Notes: generated by a model from the sequence alone, not told the origin. 64,000 bases of DNA from an uncultured cyanobacterium (GCA_963718615.1 OY970368.1:5376001-5440000); one strand, 5' to 3'; positions 38,336-49,808 are shown, numbered from the stretch's first letter. Translations and numbers: made by a program.

Positions 38336-39268
38336 TTAAGCTCCAGGCGGAAACGGCGTGGGCGGAAACGGCGTGGGCATTACGCCTGAGTTAGCCCGAA
38401 TCATCGTCCCGATGCCAGAATCCGTCAGAATTTCCATCAGGAGGGCATGGGGAATACGGCCATCGATAATGTGGGCAGCTTTGACACCTTGGGCGAGCGA
38501 TCGCACACAGCACTTCACCTTGGGAATCATCCCCCCCGCCACGGTACCATCCGCAATCAGCTCCCGCGCCTGGTGAATATCCACCTCAGAAATCAGCGTG
38601 GAGGGATCCTTATAGTCCCGCAAAATGCCCGAGGTATCGGTCAGCAAAATTAACTTTTCCGCCCCCAGGGCGGCGGCGATTTCACCGGCCACGGTGTCCG
38701 CATTGATGTTGTAGGCTTGGCCCATTTCATCGGCAGCAACGCTGGACACCACCGGGATGTAGTCGAGATCGACCAGGCCCTCTAGCAAAGCAGGGCGAAT
38801 CAGATTCACCTCCCCCACAAAGCCGATGCCTTCCTGCTCCGAAGGTCGGGCTGTAATAAGATTGCCATCCTTGCCACAGAGGCCGATCGCCGCCCCACCC
38901 GCCCGATTGATCATCGTGACGATTTCTTTGTTGACTCGGCCTACCAACACCATTTCCACCACTTCCATCGTGGCGGCGTCGGTAACCCGCAGCCCATCCT
39001 TAAACTGGGGCTCAATGCCAATTTTGGTCAACCATGTATTGATCTCAGGGCCTCCGCCATGGACCACCACTGGGTGAATACCAATACAGGCCAGCAGGAC
39101 CACATCGCGAATGACTTTGTCCTTGAGGGCGTCATCCTTCATCGCCGCGCCACCGTATTTGATCACGATGGTGCGGCCTGCAAATTGCTGAATATAGGGC
39201 AAGGATTCGCTGAGGATCTTGACCCGCATCGCGGCATCCTCTTCGATATGGTCGAGATGGGGAAGCAT
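38336..39268 (-). CDS. argB: Acetylglutamate kinase
   Basis: [40 protein letters not shown]. Confidence 0.97.
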   Translation of the reverse strand: MLPHLDHIEEDAAMRVKILSESLPYIQQFAGRTIVIKYGGAAMKDDALKDKVIRDVVLLACIGIHPVVVHGGGPEINTWLTKIGIEPQFKDGLRVTDAATMEVVEMVLVGRVNKEIVTMINRAGGAAIGLCGKDGNLITARPSEQEGIGFVGEVNLIRPALLEGLVDLDYIPVVSSVAADEMGQAYNINADTVAGEIAAALGAEKLILLTDTSGILRDYKDPSTLISEVDIHQARELIADGTVAGGMIPKVKCCVRSLAQGVKAAHIIDGRIPHALLMEILTDSGIGTMIRANSGVMPTPFPPTPFPPGA

Positions 39269-39329
39269 GGTGATATCTGGAAATCTAAGCGTTCGGGAGC
39301 AAGGGTTTCTAGAGCGAGGCCTGAGCGCG

Positions 39330-39896
39330 TTAGACCGCTGCCGCCGCTTGGTTTTGGGTGGAGATCAAAACCAGTTCGATCTGATTGGGCTCAGCGGATT
39401 GGATCTCCGCCCCCAAATTGGGTCCAAAAAAGCGGGCAATGCGGTCCTGCTTTTTGCGCCAGGCTTCGAGGTCAATATGGGGAGAATCAAAGGTTAAAAC
39501 GAGGGCATAGTGGCCAGCCCGAACTTCTTCGCGAATTTTTTGCAGCACAGGTCGCTGGTCGTCGTTAGGGCTCAACCCTAAGGATTCTAGGGCTCCGACC
39601 AGGTGACCTTCCTCACCATAGCGAAAGCGAGTGACATCCTTACGGACCTGGTTTTGCGTACTCGTCGCCCATTGCTCTCGCAGGGCCAACACCTCCGCTG
39701 AAGGGATGGGCTCGTTCGGGACGGGTTTGAGCTCCGCCGATTTAAGGGCCAGCCCTCCCAACAACAGCGGAATGCCATAAAAAAATCCCGCCAGGTTCAG
39801 CGTCGGTCGATCCGTGGCGTAGGCCCAAAAACCGAGAAGGGTAAGGACCAAGCCAATGACGACACCAACGGTACCCAGGGGAATTTTACGCAGCAT
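39330..39896 (-). CDS. DUF2854-family membrane protein
   Basis: [39 protein letters not shown]. Confidence 0.8.
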   Translation of the reverse strand: MLRKIPLGTVGVVIGLVLTLLGFWAYATDRPTLNLAGFFYGIPLLLGGLALKSAELKPVPNEPIPSAEVLALREQWATSTQNQVRKDVTRFRYGEEGHLVGALESLGLSPNDDQRPVLQKIREEVRAGHYALVLTFDSPHIDLEAWRKKQDRIARFFGPNLGAEIQSAEPNQIELVLISTQNQAAAAV

Positions 39897-39991
39897 AGTT
39901 CTCTCAAAAAGGCATTTTTTTATAGTACGGCCTTCGTCGAACCGCTGCGTCAGAGGATGGCGATAATTCTGCGGATCCTTCCGGTCGCCTG

Positions 39992-41116
39992 CTATCGCCC
40001 AAATCCCGGAATTAGGCCCGTGCTAAGCCTTTTCAGGGCACGGTTGGCAATATCGGCGTAGCGCAGTTCCCCCACAAGGATTTGAGCCATGCGGGTAGTC
40101 GCCGAAGGTCGCTTAATACCGGCCTTGTAGCCCATTTGAGGCACGCGATAGAAGACCCCAGCTAAGCGCTGAGCCCAAACCATGTCACTCCCCCAACGGT
40201 CGTGGATCTGAGCGGTGTAGTTGGCGAGGGCACCGGCATTGCCGTCGAGGGCTTGGGCGATCGCCTCCGCTGCCTTCACCCCACTAAACATTGCCGGACG
40301 AATCCCCTCCGCTGTAAAGGGATCCACCAACGAAGCCGCTTCCCCGGCCAAGAGTGCCTGCTGGGTATGCAACGTCTGATTCCCGTCCCAGAGCGCCAAA
40401 GGATGGACCTGTTGCTCCGCTTGCTGGGCATTGATGCCGAAATGCTGGGCGTACTGGCTCAACGCTGGGGCAAAATTCTCGTCATCGTTGCCCCGGAATG
40501 TGCTCACGCCGATGGAATAGCCGTCTGCCTTGGGAAAGTTCCAAAGGGACCCGTTTTTCACCAGGCCAAACTCAAAGGCGGCCCTGGCTTCCGGCGCACC
40601 CGTCTGGGCTTCCAGCGTCATAGCCTGGCGGGTTTTACGCCCCTTGAACCCCAGCCAATCGGCCATGGGTCCCTTGGCCCCATCCGCAGCAATGAGATAC
40701 CGACCTTCCACCGGTCCCGCAGCGGTTTGCACCTGCCAGTGGTCTCCCTGAAACTGAATCCCCGTGACGGCGGTGCCATCCCGCAACTCCGCCCCTGCCC
40801 CCTGGGCCTGCTTCATCAAAAACGCATCAAACACATCCCGACGGACCATCCACATGGGTTCAGCGGTTTCAATCCCCACATCCACCGGATCCCCGAGCTT
40901 CCATGTAAAGCGAATGGCATCCACCGTGGACGAAATCGCGGGAGCAAAATCAAAGTCAAACCATTGGGCGACCTGCGGAGAGACCCCACCACAGCAAGGC
41001 TTGTATCGAGGAAAGACCTCTTTTTCGAGTACTAGAACCGAACGCCCGCCTTTCGCCAGGTGATAGGCGGCAGCACCGCCCGCTGGGCCAGCGCCCACGA
41101 TAATGCAGTCAAACAT
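39992..41116 (-). CDS. Geranylgeranyl reductase-family FAD-dependent oxidoreductase
   Basis: IVGAGPAG, PRYKPCCGG, IAADGA, AGEAA..VDPFTAEGI. Confidence 0.88.
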   Translation of the reverse strand: MFDCIIVGAGPAGGAAAYHLAKGGRSVLVLEKEVFPRYKPCCGGVSPQVAQWFDFDFAPAISSTVDAIRFTWKLGDPVDVGIETAEPMWMVRRDVFDAFLMKQAQGAGAELRDGTAVTGIQFQGDHWQVQTAAGPVEGRYLIAADGAKGPMADWLGFKGRKTRQAMTLEAQTGAPEARAAFEFGLVKNGSLWNFPKADGYSIGVSTFRGNDDENFAPALSQYAQHFGINAQQAEQQVHPLALWDGNQTLHTQQALLAGEAASLVDPFTAEGIRPAMFSGVKAAEAIAQALDGNAGALANYTAQIHDRWGSDMVWAQRLAGVFYRVPQMGYKAGIKRPSATTRMAQILVGELRYADIANRALKRLSTGLIPGFGR

Positions 41117-41299
41117 AGGATTGATGGTCAATGTTTAATTTTTAGTGAGCTTTGCCTATCGATTGTCTATAGAGCGCCTATAGAATCTGCGCCCCTCTCA
41201 GCGCCAAAAGTCGACATTCCGAGGCTCTAGGCTAAATACCCTTTCCAGGCGGTCTGTCAACTATCCGTAACCTTCTGACTTGAGTAGCATTTTAGACAA

Positions 41300-41329
41300 G
41301 AAAGGGACATGGTAGGCCATGTCCCTTTC
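41300..41329. terminator. Hairpin terminator downstream of frr
   Basis: GAAAGGGACATGG-TAGG-CCATGTCCCTTTC perfect 13-bp stem. Confidence 0.7.
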
Positions 41330-41347
41330 CTTTTCCTCCCAAAAAGG

Positions 41348-41896
41348 CTAGACGGTAAGGATGTCCTTCTCTTTTTCGCCCAGGATTTGTTCGACCTTTT
41401 CGGTGTATTTATCTGTTAGTTTTTGAATCTCGTCTTGAATGTCACGGGATTCGTCCTGAGAAATGTCGCTATTTTTTTCCTGTTTCCGCACTGCATCCAC
41501 CGCATCACGGCGAATATTGCGAATGGCGACCTTGCCCTCTTCGGCGTACTTGGCAGCGATTTTGACCAGTTCTTTGCGGCGATCGCTCGTCAGCGGTGGA
41601 ATATTCAACCGAATCACCGAGCCATCATTGCTGGGCGTAATGCCCACATCGGACATCATGATCGCCTTTTCGATATTGCCCATGCTGCCCCGATCAAAGG
41701 GCTGAATCATAATTGTCGTGGCATCGGGCGTATTGATATTGGCCAAAGACTTAAGCGGTGTGTCTGCGCCATAGTATTCAACCGTGATGCGGTCTAGGAT
41801 ACTGGCGTTGGCTCGACCCGTGCGAATCGTATTGAAGGATCGCTGGGTGGCCTCCACCGACTTCTGCATATGATCTTCGATTTCAGATAGGTTCAC
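41348..41896 (-). CDS. frr: Ribosome recycling factor
   Basis: [32 protein letters not shown]. Confidence 0.97.
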   Translation of the reverse strand: MNLSEIEDHMQKSVEATQRSFNTIRTGRANASILDRITVEYYGADTPLKSLANINTPDATTIMIQPFDRGSMGNIEKAIMMSDVGITPSNDGSVIRLNIPPLTSDRRKELVKIAAKYAEEGKVAIRNIRRDAVDAVRKQEKNSDISQDESRDIQDEIQKLTDKYTEKVEQILGEKEKDILTV

Positions 41897-42606
41897 GCGA
41901 CACCTCTCACAATGGTTCCGATAGGCTCACCCGATGCGGCCCGCTGGATATTCCCTTCCTCAAACAGATTAAAAACCATAATTGGGATCGAGTTGTTTTT
42001 GCAGAGTGCGATCGCCGTATTGTCCATCACACCCAACTCTTTATTGAGCACGTCACTGTAAGAGAGGGTCTCGTAGCGCTTCGCATCGGGGTTGGTTTTT
42101 GGATCACAATCATACACCCCGTCCACTTTGGTCGCCTTGAAAACCACATCGGCATTGATTTCAGCGGCCCGCAGTGCGGCAGTGGTATCGGTGGTGAAAT
42201 AGGGATTGCCGGAGCCTCCCCCAAATATAACAACGCGCCCCTTTTCTAGGTGGCGCATGGCTCGGCGGCGAATGTAAGGTTCAGCAACTTCCTGAATGGT
42301 AATCGCGGTTTGCACCCTAGTGGGCATCCCCGCTCGCTCCAAGGCATCCTGGAGGGTCATGGCGTTCATCACCGTCGCAATCATGCCAATGTAGTCCGCC
42401 GTGGAGCGGTCCATGCCCGCCGCAGACCCTTTCAATCCTCGAAAAATGTTGCCGCCTCCCACCACAATGGCAAGCTGAATGCCACTTTGGGCAACACCTG
42501 CGATTTCCTGGGCGATGCGATCGACCACGAGTGGATCAATGCCATAGGGTAAATCCCCCATGAGTGCCTCACCACTGAGCTTAAGAAGAATGCGCTGATA
42601 CGCCAT
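41893..42606 (-). CDS. pyrH: UMP kinase
   Basis: [34 protein letters not shown]. Confidence 0.97.
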   Translation of the reverse strand: MAYQRILLKLSGEALMGDLPYGIDPLVVDRIAQEIAGVAQSGIQLAIVVGGGNIFRGLKGSAAGMDRSTADYIGMIATVMNAMTLQDALERAGMPTRVQTAITIQEVAEPYIRRRAMRHLEKGRVVIFGGGSGNPYFTTDTTAALRAAEINADVVFKATKVDGVYDCDPKTNPDAKRYETLSYSDVLNKELGVMDNTAIALCKNNSIPIMVFNLFEEGNIQRAASGEPIGTIVRGVA

Positions 42607-42814
42607 ACGTTGAAAATCCTAATCTCTGCTTGCCCAATTTCTGCTGGCCCAACAATGGGGAGCCCGATCGCACCCTGACAAATTTTCCGGGCATATTTTC
42701 CCCAAATACCATAAGCCAAGGGTTGTCCCTTTGCCTATGCCACAAGTCGGCAGACCTGGAAACCCAGGATAAAATTCAGGGTGCAACGGAGATGCAACGG
42801 AGAGGCAACGGGGC

Positions 42815-43363
42815 CTAGCGCCACAGCACATCCGAGCCAACGGCAGGGGTTTCTGGAACGGCAACGGGTTGATTTTGAAGCAGGGCGATCGCCGCTGTTC
42901 TCAAATAGGGCTCCTGCACAGCCTCAGGGTTTTCCGGCGCATCATCAATAGCTCCTCGATAGCGAATAATGCCAAACTGATCCAGTAAAAAGACTTCCGG
43001 GGTTTTGGCAGCCTGGAATGTATGGGCCACGTCTTGGGTAATATCCCGGATGTAGGGAAAAATAATGCCATGGGTTTGGGCAAACTGTCCCATGGGCTCT
43101 AGGCCGTCCTCGGGCGATCGCACCAGATCATTGGCATTAATTCCAATCAGCGTAAAATCCTGGTCCTGGAGATCCGCTTGGATGGCCTGAAGTCGGGGTA
43201 AATATTGCCTCACGACGGGGCAGATATTGCTCAAGAAAACAATGCCGATCGCCCGATAGCGTTCGAGATAGCGGGCAAGATGGTGGACCTCTTGGTCAGC
43301 ACCGGGTAATTCAAAATCAGGAGCGTAAGCCCCAATTACGGTGTTTGTCATGCTCTTCTGCAT
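42815..43363 (-). CDS. Thioredoxin-fold AhpC/TSA-family protein
   Basis: APDFELPG, NICP, GINAND, TPEVFL, YRGAIDD. Confidence 0.85.
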   Translation of the reverse strand: MQKSMTNTVIGAYAPDFELPGADQEVHHLARYLERYRAIGIVFLSNICPVVRQYLPRLQAIQADLQDQDFTLIGINANDLVRSPEDGLEPMGQFAQTHGIIFPYIRDITQDVAHTFQAAKTPEVFLLDQFGIIRYRGAIDDAPENPEAVQEPYLRTAAIALLQNQPVAVPETPAVGSDVLWR

Positions 43364-43484
43364 CGGTCATCACAATCTGGTTTGGACCGCTCGGCAAATG
43401 ACTCATCCCTGATGGTTTTCCTGAACCGCTTGATTCGGTCACACTATCCCAGTATTCCCTCGGATCACAGCCCTATCAACGCCC

Positions 43485-45890
43485 ATGCTAAACAATGTAC
43501 AACCCTTCTCTCAAGATTTAGTGCTGGTGGGGGGCGGCCATAGCCATGCGATCGCGCTACAGATGTGGGCAATGCAGCCCCTGCCTGGGGTGCGGGTGAC
43601 GGTGGTGAGCGATCGCACCCATACGCCCTACTCAGGAATGCTGCCGGGCCATGTGGCAGGATTTTATAACTATGACGAATGTCACATTGATCTACGGCGG
43701 CTGTGTGAGGCAGCAGGAGCCCAGTTTTATTTGGATCGCGCCACGGGACTGGACCTAAGCAATCAGCGATTACACTGTGCCAATCACCCTGGAATTTACT
43801 TTGATTGGCTCTCCTTGGACATTGGCAGCACCCCTGCGGTGATTACGGTGCCGGGAGCCCAAGACTACGCAATTCCCGCAAAGCCAGTCCCGGAGTTTTT
43901 GGCCGCCTGGGAGGATTTCATTGCCCAGGTGCAGCAGCAGCCAGACCGCTTTGCCCACGGGTCCCTAGGCATTGTGGGCGGAGGCGCAGGGGGCGTAGAA
44001 CTGGCCAGTTCCATGGGGGCACGGCTGTGTCAAATCATTCCCGTGCCGGGGATACAGCTCTCCATCCATCTGTTTCATCGGGGGGCTGAATTGCTACCGG
44101 GTCATGCCCCTTCAGTGCAGCGGACGTTCAAGCGGGTGCTGCAAGACCAAGGCGTTACGGTGCACTTAAATTCCGAAGTTGTCGCCGTCGTAGGGACGAA
44201 CAGCCGTTCGTCCGTCCGGGCCGAGATTCAGGCTCCAGACCAGGAACAAGACCAGGATCAGGACCAAGGCCAGAGGCCGGGACAGCCTTCTGAATCGGTG
44301 GTTTGCGATCGCCTCTTCTGGGTCACCCAGGCCAGCGCTCCGACCTGGCTGGGGGAATCCGGTCTGCAAACCGACGAATCCGGCTTTGTCCTCGTGGGCG
44401 ACACCCTGCAATCTCTCTCCCATCCCCACATCCTGGCCGCTGGAGACATCGCCACAATGGTCAACCATCCTCGCCCCAAAGCCGGGGTTTTTGCCGTGCG
44501 TCAGGGCCGCCCCCTGTTCGAAAACCTACAGCGGCTTTTACAAGGCCAGTCTCCTCAACCGTTTATTCCCCAAAAAAATCTACTGGCACTCATCGGCACA
44601 GGCGATGGGCGCGCAGTCGCCTCCCGAGGGTCTTGGGGCGCAGGGCCTTGGCAACTGCTCTGGATTTGGAAAGACTGGATTGATCGGCGGTTTATGGAGC
44701 GGTTTAGCGGCGATCTGGGAAAATTTAGCAATGACCCGCAATCTCCAACACAACCCATGTATTGCAATGGCTGTGGGTCCAAGGTCGGCAGCGGAGCCCT
44801 AGAACGAGTTTTGGCGCGCATTGACCAGGAGGGCCATCCTGGACCGAATGATAGACCCGATGATGGACCCAATGATGGGCCAGAGGATGCAGCGGTGTTG
44901 CAGATTCCGGAAAACCGCGTTCTGATTCAAACCGTTGATTATTTCCCGGCGTTGGTTTCCGATCCGTTTGTTTTCGGTCAGATCACCGCGAATCACTGTC
45001 TCAACGACATTTTTGCCATGGGCGCTCAGCCCCACAGCGCCTTGGCGATCGCCCAAATCCCCCACGGAGGCGAGGCCCAAATCGAAGAAACCCTGTATCA
45101 GCTCCTCTCCGGTGCAATCCAAGTTCTGCATCAAACCCAAACAGTCCTGGTTGGTGGCCATACAACCGAGGGCGATCGCCTCGCCTTTGGATTAAGCTGC
45201 AATGGCCTCGGGGAGTCAGACAAACTTTGGCGCAAAGGGGGAATCCAGCCCCAGCAAGCGTTGATTTTGACGAAGGCGATCGGTACGGGCACCCTATTCG
45301 CGGCGCAGCGGCAGGGGAAAGCCAAGGGGCGCTGGATTGATGGGGCGATCGCCACCATGCTCCAATCCAACGCTGCGGCTGTACCCATCTTGCAAGCCCA
45401 TGGAACCACCGCCTGCACAGACATCACTGGATTTGGGTTGCTGGGCCATCTGTGGGAAATGGTCCGCGCTTCTGGGGTGAGCGTAACGCTGGATGTGTCA
45501 GCGGTACCGCTGTTGTCCGGAGTCGCAGCAACCTTGCAAGCGGGACTGTTTAGCTCCATCCATGGTCAGAACCAGAGTTTAGCCGATGCCCATTGGGTCG
45601 CCGATTGGGTCGTCGCAACGGCGAAAAATAGTTTACCAGGAAACACCGCTGGTCCACAGCTCTTATTATCCACCCCCCAGACCCAGGCCCTGTTTGATCC
45701 ACAAACCGCTGGAGGTTTGCTCGCAGCGGTACCGTTCCATCAGGCAGAGGCTTGTCTCACCGCCCTGCGGCAGGCGGGGTATCAGCACAGCCAAATCGTG
45801 GGCAAGAGCCAAATTACCCTAGCAATACCCCCCTCTTCACCGCCAGAAGCTGCACCCAGTCCTTGCATTCAGCTCCAGAATGCTGATTAG
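43485..45890 (+). CDS. selD: Selenide, water dikinase fused to an N-terminal pyridine-nucleotide oxidoreductase (NDH-2-like)
   Basis: LVLVGGGH, IVGGGAGGVE, AAGD, PKAGVFAVR; then CNGCGSK, EDAAV, QTVD, GGHT, LTKAIGTG, TDITGFGLLGH, DPQTAGGLL. Confidence 0.92.
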   Translation: MLNNVQPFSQDLVLVGGGHSHAIALQMWAMQPLPGVRVTVVSDRTHTPYSGMLPGHVAGFYNYDECHIDLRRLCEAAGAQFYLDRATGLDLSNQRLHCANHPGIYFDWLSLDIGSTPAVITVPGAQDYAIPAKPVPEFLAAWEDFIAQVQQQPDRFAHGSLGIVGGGAGGVELASSMGARLCQIIPVPGIQLSIHLFHRGAELLPGHAPSVQRTFKRVLQDQGVTVHLNSEVVAVVGTNSRSSVRAEIQAPDQEQDQDQDQGQRPGQPSESVVCDRLFWVTQASAPTWLGESGLQTDESGFVLVGDTLQSLSHPHILAAGDIATMVNHPRPKAGVFAVRQGRPLFENLQRLLQGQSPQPFIPQKNLLALIGTGDGRAVASRGSWGAGPWQLLWIWKDWIDRRFMERFSGDLGKFSNDPQSPTQPMYCNGCGSKVGSGALERVLARIDQEGHPGPNDRPDDGPNDGPEDAAVLQIPENRVLIQTVDYFPALVSDPFVFGQITANHCLNDIFAMGAQPHSALAIAQIPHGGEAQIEETLYQLLSGAIQVLHQTQTVLVGGHTTEGDRLAFGLSCNGLGESDKLWRKGGIQPQQALILTKAIGTGTLFAAQRQGKAKGRWIDGAIATMLQSNAAAVPILQAHGTTACTDITGFGLLGHLWEMVRASGVSVTLDVSAVPLLSGVAATLQAGLFSSIHGQNQSLADAHWVADWVVATAKNSLPGNTAGPQLLLSTPQTQALFDPQTAGGLLAAVPFHQAEACLTALRQAGYQHSQIVGKSQITLAIPPSSPPEAAPSPCIQLQNAD

Positions 45891-46057
45891 CCGTTATTCA
45901 CATCCTATTCCCACTGAGCAGAGCAGACAGATCAATAGAATTCAGGCTTAATATTAGGAAAAGACAAAAATCGGAAACATAATTTTTTTGAATGAATAAT
46001 TTTCGAGAATCATCCCGATAGTCCTAAAGCCCTCCTCTTGTCCCCCCTGAATGTTTT

Positions 46058-48241
46058 ATGCCTCAAGCCATCTCTGAAGCACCTTCTCGCCTAGCGTTGC
46101 CCCTCTCTAGCGCCGTTGATCCGGGAGATACGTTGAGTACGGCCTTGGATTTAGGGAGTTTTGAGGATCGCACCGTGGTTTGGAACGATGCCATCGGCGG
46201 CAATGACTTTGCCGACTTTTACCGAGTCTCGATGGTCGACAGCGGGGTTTTGAGCGTATCACTCACGGAGTTAAGCGCCGATGCCGATTTGTATTTGCTT
46301 GATCCCAATGGAACGCCATTGGATGTTTCTTTCAATTACGGTAGCCTTGATGAGGCGATCGCCTACAGCGTCAACGCAGGCACCTATTACCTAGCGGTGG
46401 TTCCCTACACAGGCAGCACGACCTATCGCTTAACCATTGAAGATTTGCCGTTGGTTCCGAACGATAATACCTTTAGTACCGCCAATCCTCTGGTTTTTGG
46501 CTCCACACCAACGGTCATTCAAGATGCAGTAGGGGTCAATGATTTTGTAGATTATTATCGGTTTAGCCTCAGCAACTCTAGTTTTTTTAATCTGACGTTA
46601 ACGGGGTTAGAGAGCGATGCAGATCTAGAACTCTTTGACAGTAATGGGCAGATTATTGGGCGATCGGAACAAAGCGACAATCAGGCGGAAACCCTTAATC
46701 AGCGATTAGAGAGCGGGACTTACTATATTCGAGTGTATCCCTTTTTTGGGGATACTAATTACACGCTCAGTACCTCTATTCTTGAGGCGTCATCCAACGA
46801 GCCGGTGAGCAATCTCGTCGCGCCGGAAATCGAACTTGGTCCCTTGGGAACAACGGTTCAAACGCAATCAGGCAGTATTAGTAACGCCAATACCGTCGAT
46901 ACCTATCAGTTCTCGCTCTCGACCACTAGTGATATTACCATGACCTTAGGCGGGCTCAGCAGTGATTTGGATTTGCGTTTAATTCGGGATATCAATGGCA
47001 ATGGCCAGGTGGATGCCAAAGAGGAATTGGCGCGATCGCAACAGGGTGGAACCCTCAGCGAAATTCTAACTCAGCAACTGGAAGCCGGGGATTACTTTCT
47101 TCAGGTTTATCAATACGATGGCAGCAGCAACTATACGTTGACCAGTGTCGCCACGCCGTTGGATTCACCTATGCCCGAGCCGGAACCCGAACCGGAGCCG
47201 GAGCCGGAACCCGAACCCCCCATAGATCCGGGCAATAGCTTGACCACGGCACAAGTTGAAGCAACGGCAATTTTTAGCCAAACCCAGCAGGTGAGTGGGG
47301 GCGATCGCGATGATTTCTTTCAGTTTAGCGTTAGCGAATCCGGCATTTTTACAGCGACGTTAACCAGCTTGAGTGGGGATGCCGACGTACGATTGATTCG
47401 GGATAACAATAGCAATGGCAGCATCGACGCCGATGAAGTGATCGCTTGGGAATGGCAACGGCAAAGTCAATCTGAATTGATTCGTGATTTTCTAGAGACG
47501 GGAACTTACTTTGTTCAGGTCACTAGCTACAACGAACAAACCGCAGACTATACGCTCAATACCAATTTTACAGCGGCGGCCAATGATCCCCTGGCCTTTG
47601 CCTTTGAGGTTAATTTCACTACAGGTCTTAGCGGTTTAAATCAAGCCGCACGAGATGCCGTTCAGCGTGCCGCTGATTTTTGGGAAACGGTTATTACCCA
47701 CAGCAGTTTTGACCTCGCTCAAACCTTAACGGTAACGGTCAGTGGGAGTCAATTAGGCTTTGGAACCTTAGCTCAGGCTGGGTTTGAAGCAGGGGATTTA
47801 GCGCTGACCCCCACAGGTACGTTTTTGCCAATCCAGGGTGCCGCTGAGCTCAATATTGCTGAGTTCGCGACCTATAATGCTGACCCAGATTTCTTAGAAA
47901 TTGTCATGCGTCATGAGTTTGCCCATGTCTTAGGATTTGGGCTGATTTGGGATGAATTTATTAATCCTTTCAATGGAACCTATGGGGCTAATAGTCAGGC
48001 AGGATGGGCCTATGGTGAAGCCCTAGGATTGTTTGATCAGGTTGCAGTACCGACAGATCCCTATGGCTCCGGCCATTGGGATGAGGCTGTTTTTGGGGCT
48101 GAACTCATGACCCCTTTTGTAGAACCCCAGGGCTCGTCCATGCCCTTAAGCGAAATTACGATTGCCGCCTTGCAAGACATGGGTTGGCATGTCAACTTTG
48201 GTGCAGCCGAAGCCTATAGTTTAGGCAGTAGCTTTATCTAG
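46058..48241 (+). CDS. Multi-PPC-domain zinc metalloprotease (leishmanolysin/M8-like catalytic domain)
   Basis: Four DADL/GTYY PPC-type repeats, (PE)n linker, HEFAHVLGFG, GHW, ELMT. Confidence 0.8.
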   Translation: MPQAISEAPSRLALPLSSAVDPGDTLSTALDLGSFEDRTVVWNDAIGGNDFADFYRVSMVDSGVLSVSLTELSADADLYLLDPNGTPLDVSFNYGSLDEAIAYSVNAGTYYLAVVPYTGSTTYRLTIEDLPLVPNDNTFSTANPLVFGSTPTVIQDAVGVNDFVDYYRFSLSNSSFFNLTLTGLESDADLELFDSNGQIIGRSEQSDNQAETLNQRLESGTYYIRVYPFFGDTNYTLSTSILEASSNEPVSNLVAPEIELGPLGTTVQTQSGSISNANTVDTYQFSLSTTSDITMTLGGLSSDLDLRLIRDINGNGQVDAKEELARSQQGGTLSEILTQQLEAGDYFLQVYQYDGSSNYTLTSVATPLDSPMPEPEPEPEPEPEPEPPIDPGNSLTTAQVEATAIFSQTQQVSGGDRDDFFQFSVSESGIFTATLTSLSGDADVRLIRDNNSNGSIDADEVIAWEWQRQSQSELIRDFLETGTYFVQVTSYNEQTADYTLNTNFTAAANDPLAFAFEVNFTTGLSGLNQAARDAVQRAADFWETVITHSSFDLAQTLTVTVSGSQLGFGTLAQAGFEAGDLALTPTGTFLPIQGAAELNIAEFATYNADPDFLEIVMRHEFAHVLGFGLIWDEFINPFNGTYGANSQAGWAYGEALGLFDQVAVPTDPYGSGHWDEAVFGAELMTPFVEPQGSSMPLSEITIAALQDMGWHVNFGAAEAYSLGSSFI

Positions 48242-48287
48242 AGCATCATCTAGAGCATCAGAAAACACCCAAGAATAAGGCCCACAA

Positions 48288-49808
48288 CTAACGCAAAAAT
48301 AAGCGATAGGCGGGATTATCGTTTTCGTCCCAATAGGTATAACCCAGTTCATCCAAAAATGCCTGCCATTCCTGCATTTCCTCCGGAGGAACCTGAATGC
48401 CCACCAACACGCGACCCACATCGGAACCGTGATTGCGATAGTGAAATAAACTAATATTCCAGTTAGGGCTCATGCTGTTGAGAAACTGCATCAGCGCTGT
48501 TGGTCGTTCGGGAAATTCAAAACGATAGAGCAGTTCATTGTGGGCAAGGGGCGATCGCCCCCCCACCAAATGTCGAATATGCAACTTCGCCACTTCATCA
48601 TCGGTCAAATCCACCGTATGAAATGAATTGTGCTCGAGAATCTCGGCGATGCGCGTGGCATCCTCCCGGTTTTGGATCTGGACGCCAACAAAGACCTGGG
48701 CTTCGGTTTCATCGGCGATGCGGTAGTTAAATTCGGTAATCCCGCGATCGCCAATACAGCTACAAAACTTACGAAAACTCCCCCGCTGCTCCGGAATTGT
48801 CACCGCAAAAATCGCTTCCCGTCGCTCGCCGATCTCAGCCCGTTCTGCCACAAACCGGAGGCGATCGAAATTCATATTAGCGCCGCAGGCTACAGCGATG
48901 AGCGTTTGATCCTGGATGTTTTCCCGTTCCACATAGGCTTTGGCGGCAGCGATCGCCAACGCCCCCGCTGGTTCCAAAATCGATCGCGTATCTTCAAAAA
49001 CATCCTTAATGGCCGCGCAGATATCGTCCGTATCGACCCGAATAACTTCATCTACATACAACTGACACAGGCGAAACGTCTCCTCGCCCACTTGCTTCAC
49101 CGCCACACCATCGGCAAACAGTCCCACATGGTCCAGCTTAACCCGCTCTCCCGCCTGGAGGGAACGATACATGGCGTCGGCTTCCACCGGTTCGACCCCA
49201 ATGATTTTGATCTCGGGATGGAGCCGCTTCACATAGGCCGAAATGCCAGAGATTAAACCGCCACCGCCGATCGCCACAAAAATTGCATGGATCGGCTGCT
49301 GACACTGACGCAACAGTTCCATGCCAATCGTCCCCTGCCCCGCAATCACATCCGGGTCATCAAAGGGATGAACAAACGTGAGCCCTTTCTCCGCTTCGAT
49401 CTGGCGGGCATGGGCATAGGCATCATCATAGGTATCACCGTAGAGAACGACTTCCCCCCCCCTCGCCCGCACCGCATCGACTTTCACCTGGGGCGTCGTT
49501 TTGGGCATGACAATGATCGCCTGGGTGCCCAACCGCTTTGCCCCCAGGGCCACACCCTGGGCATGGTTGCCTGCCGAGGCCGCAATCACTCCGCGCTGCA
49601 AGACCTCCGGCGGCAGCTGGGCCATTTTGTTGTAGGCTCCACGCAGCTTGAACGAAAACACCGACTGCATATCCTCACGCTTGAGCAGCAGCCGGTTGTG
49701 CAACCGAGCCGAGAGGTTAACCGCCAGTTCCAAGGGCGTTTCCTGGGCCACGTCATAAACACGGGCTTTGAGGATGCGTTCTAAATAATCCACACTCGAT
49801 AGGGTCAT
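48288..49808 (-). CDS. ilvA: Threonine ammonia-lyase, biosynthetic
   Basis: KREDMQSVFSFKLRGAYN, SAGNHAQG, GGGGL, two ACT-like domains. Confidence 0.97.
   Translation of the reverse strand: MTLSSVDYLERILKARVYDVAQETPLELAVNLSARLHNRLLLKREDMQSVFSFKLRGAYNKMAQLPPEVLQRGVIAASAGNHAQGVALGAKRLGTQAIIVMPKTTPQVKVDAVRARGGEVVLYGDTYDDAYAHARQIEAEKGLTFVHPFDDPDVIAGQGTIGMELLRQCQQPIHAIFVAIGGGGLISGISAYVKRLHPEIKIIGVEPVEADAMYRSLQAGERVKLDHVGLFADGVAVKQVGEETFRLCQLYVDEVIRVDTDDICAAIKDVFEDTRSILEPAGALAIAAAKAYVERENIQDQTLIAVACGANMNFDRLRFVAERAEIGERREAIFAVTIPEQRGSFRKFCSCIGDRGITEFNYRIADETEAQVFVGVQIQNREDATRIAEILEHNSFHTVDLTDDEVAKLHIRHLVGGRSPLAHNELLYRFEFPERPTALMQFLNSMSPNWNISLFHYRNHGSDVGRVLVGIQVPPEEMQEWQAFLDELGYTYWDENDNPAYRLFLR

Noticed and set aside
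40202-41035. 277-aa + strand ORF and similar antisense ORFs (e.g. 14100-14726, 48630-49256)
   Set aside because: They lie antisense to well-supported genes, carry no recognisable motifs, and are expected in GC-rich coding DNA.
47174-47220. CCGGAA/CCCGAA hexamer run as a contingency locus
   Set aside because: It encodes an ordinary in-frame Pro-Glu linker with mixed codons.
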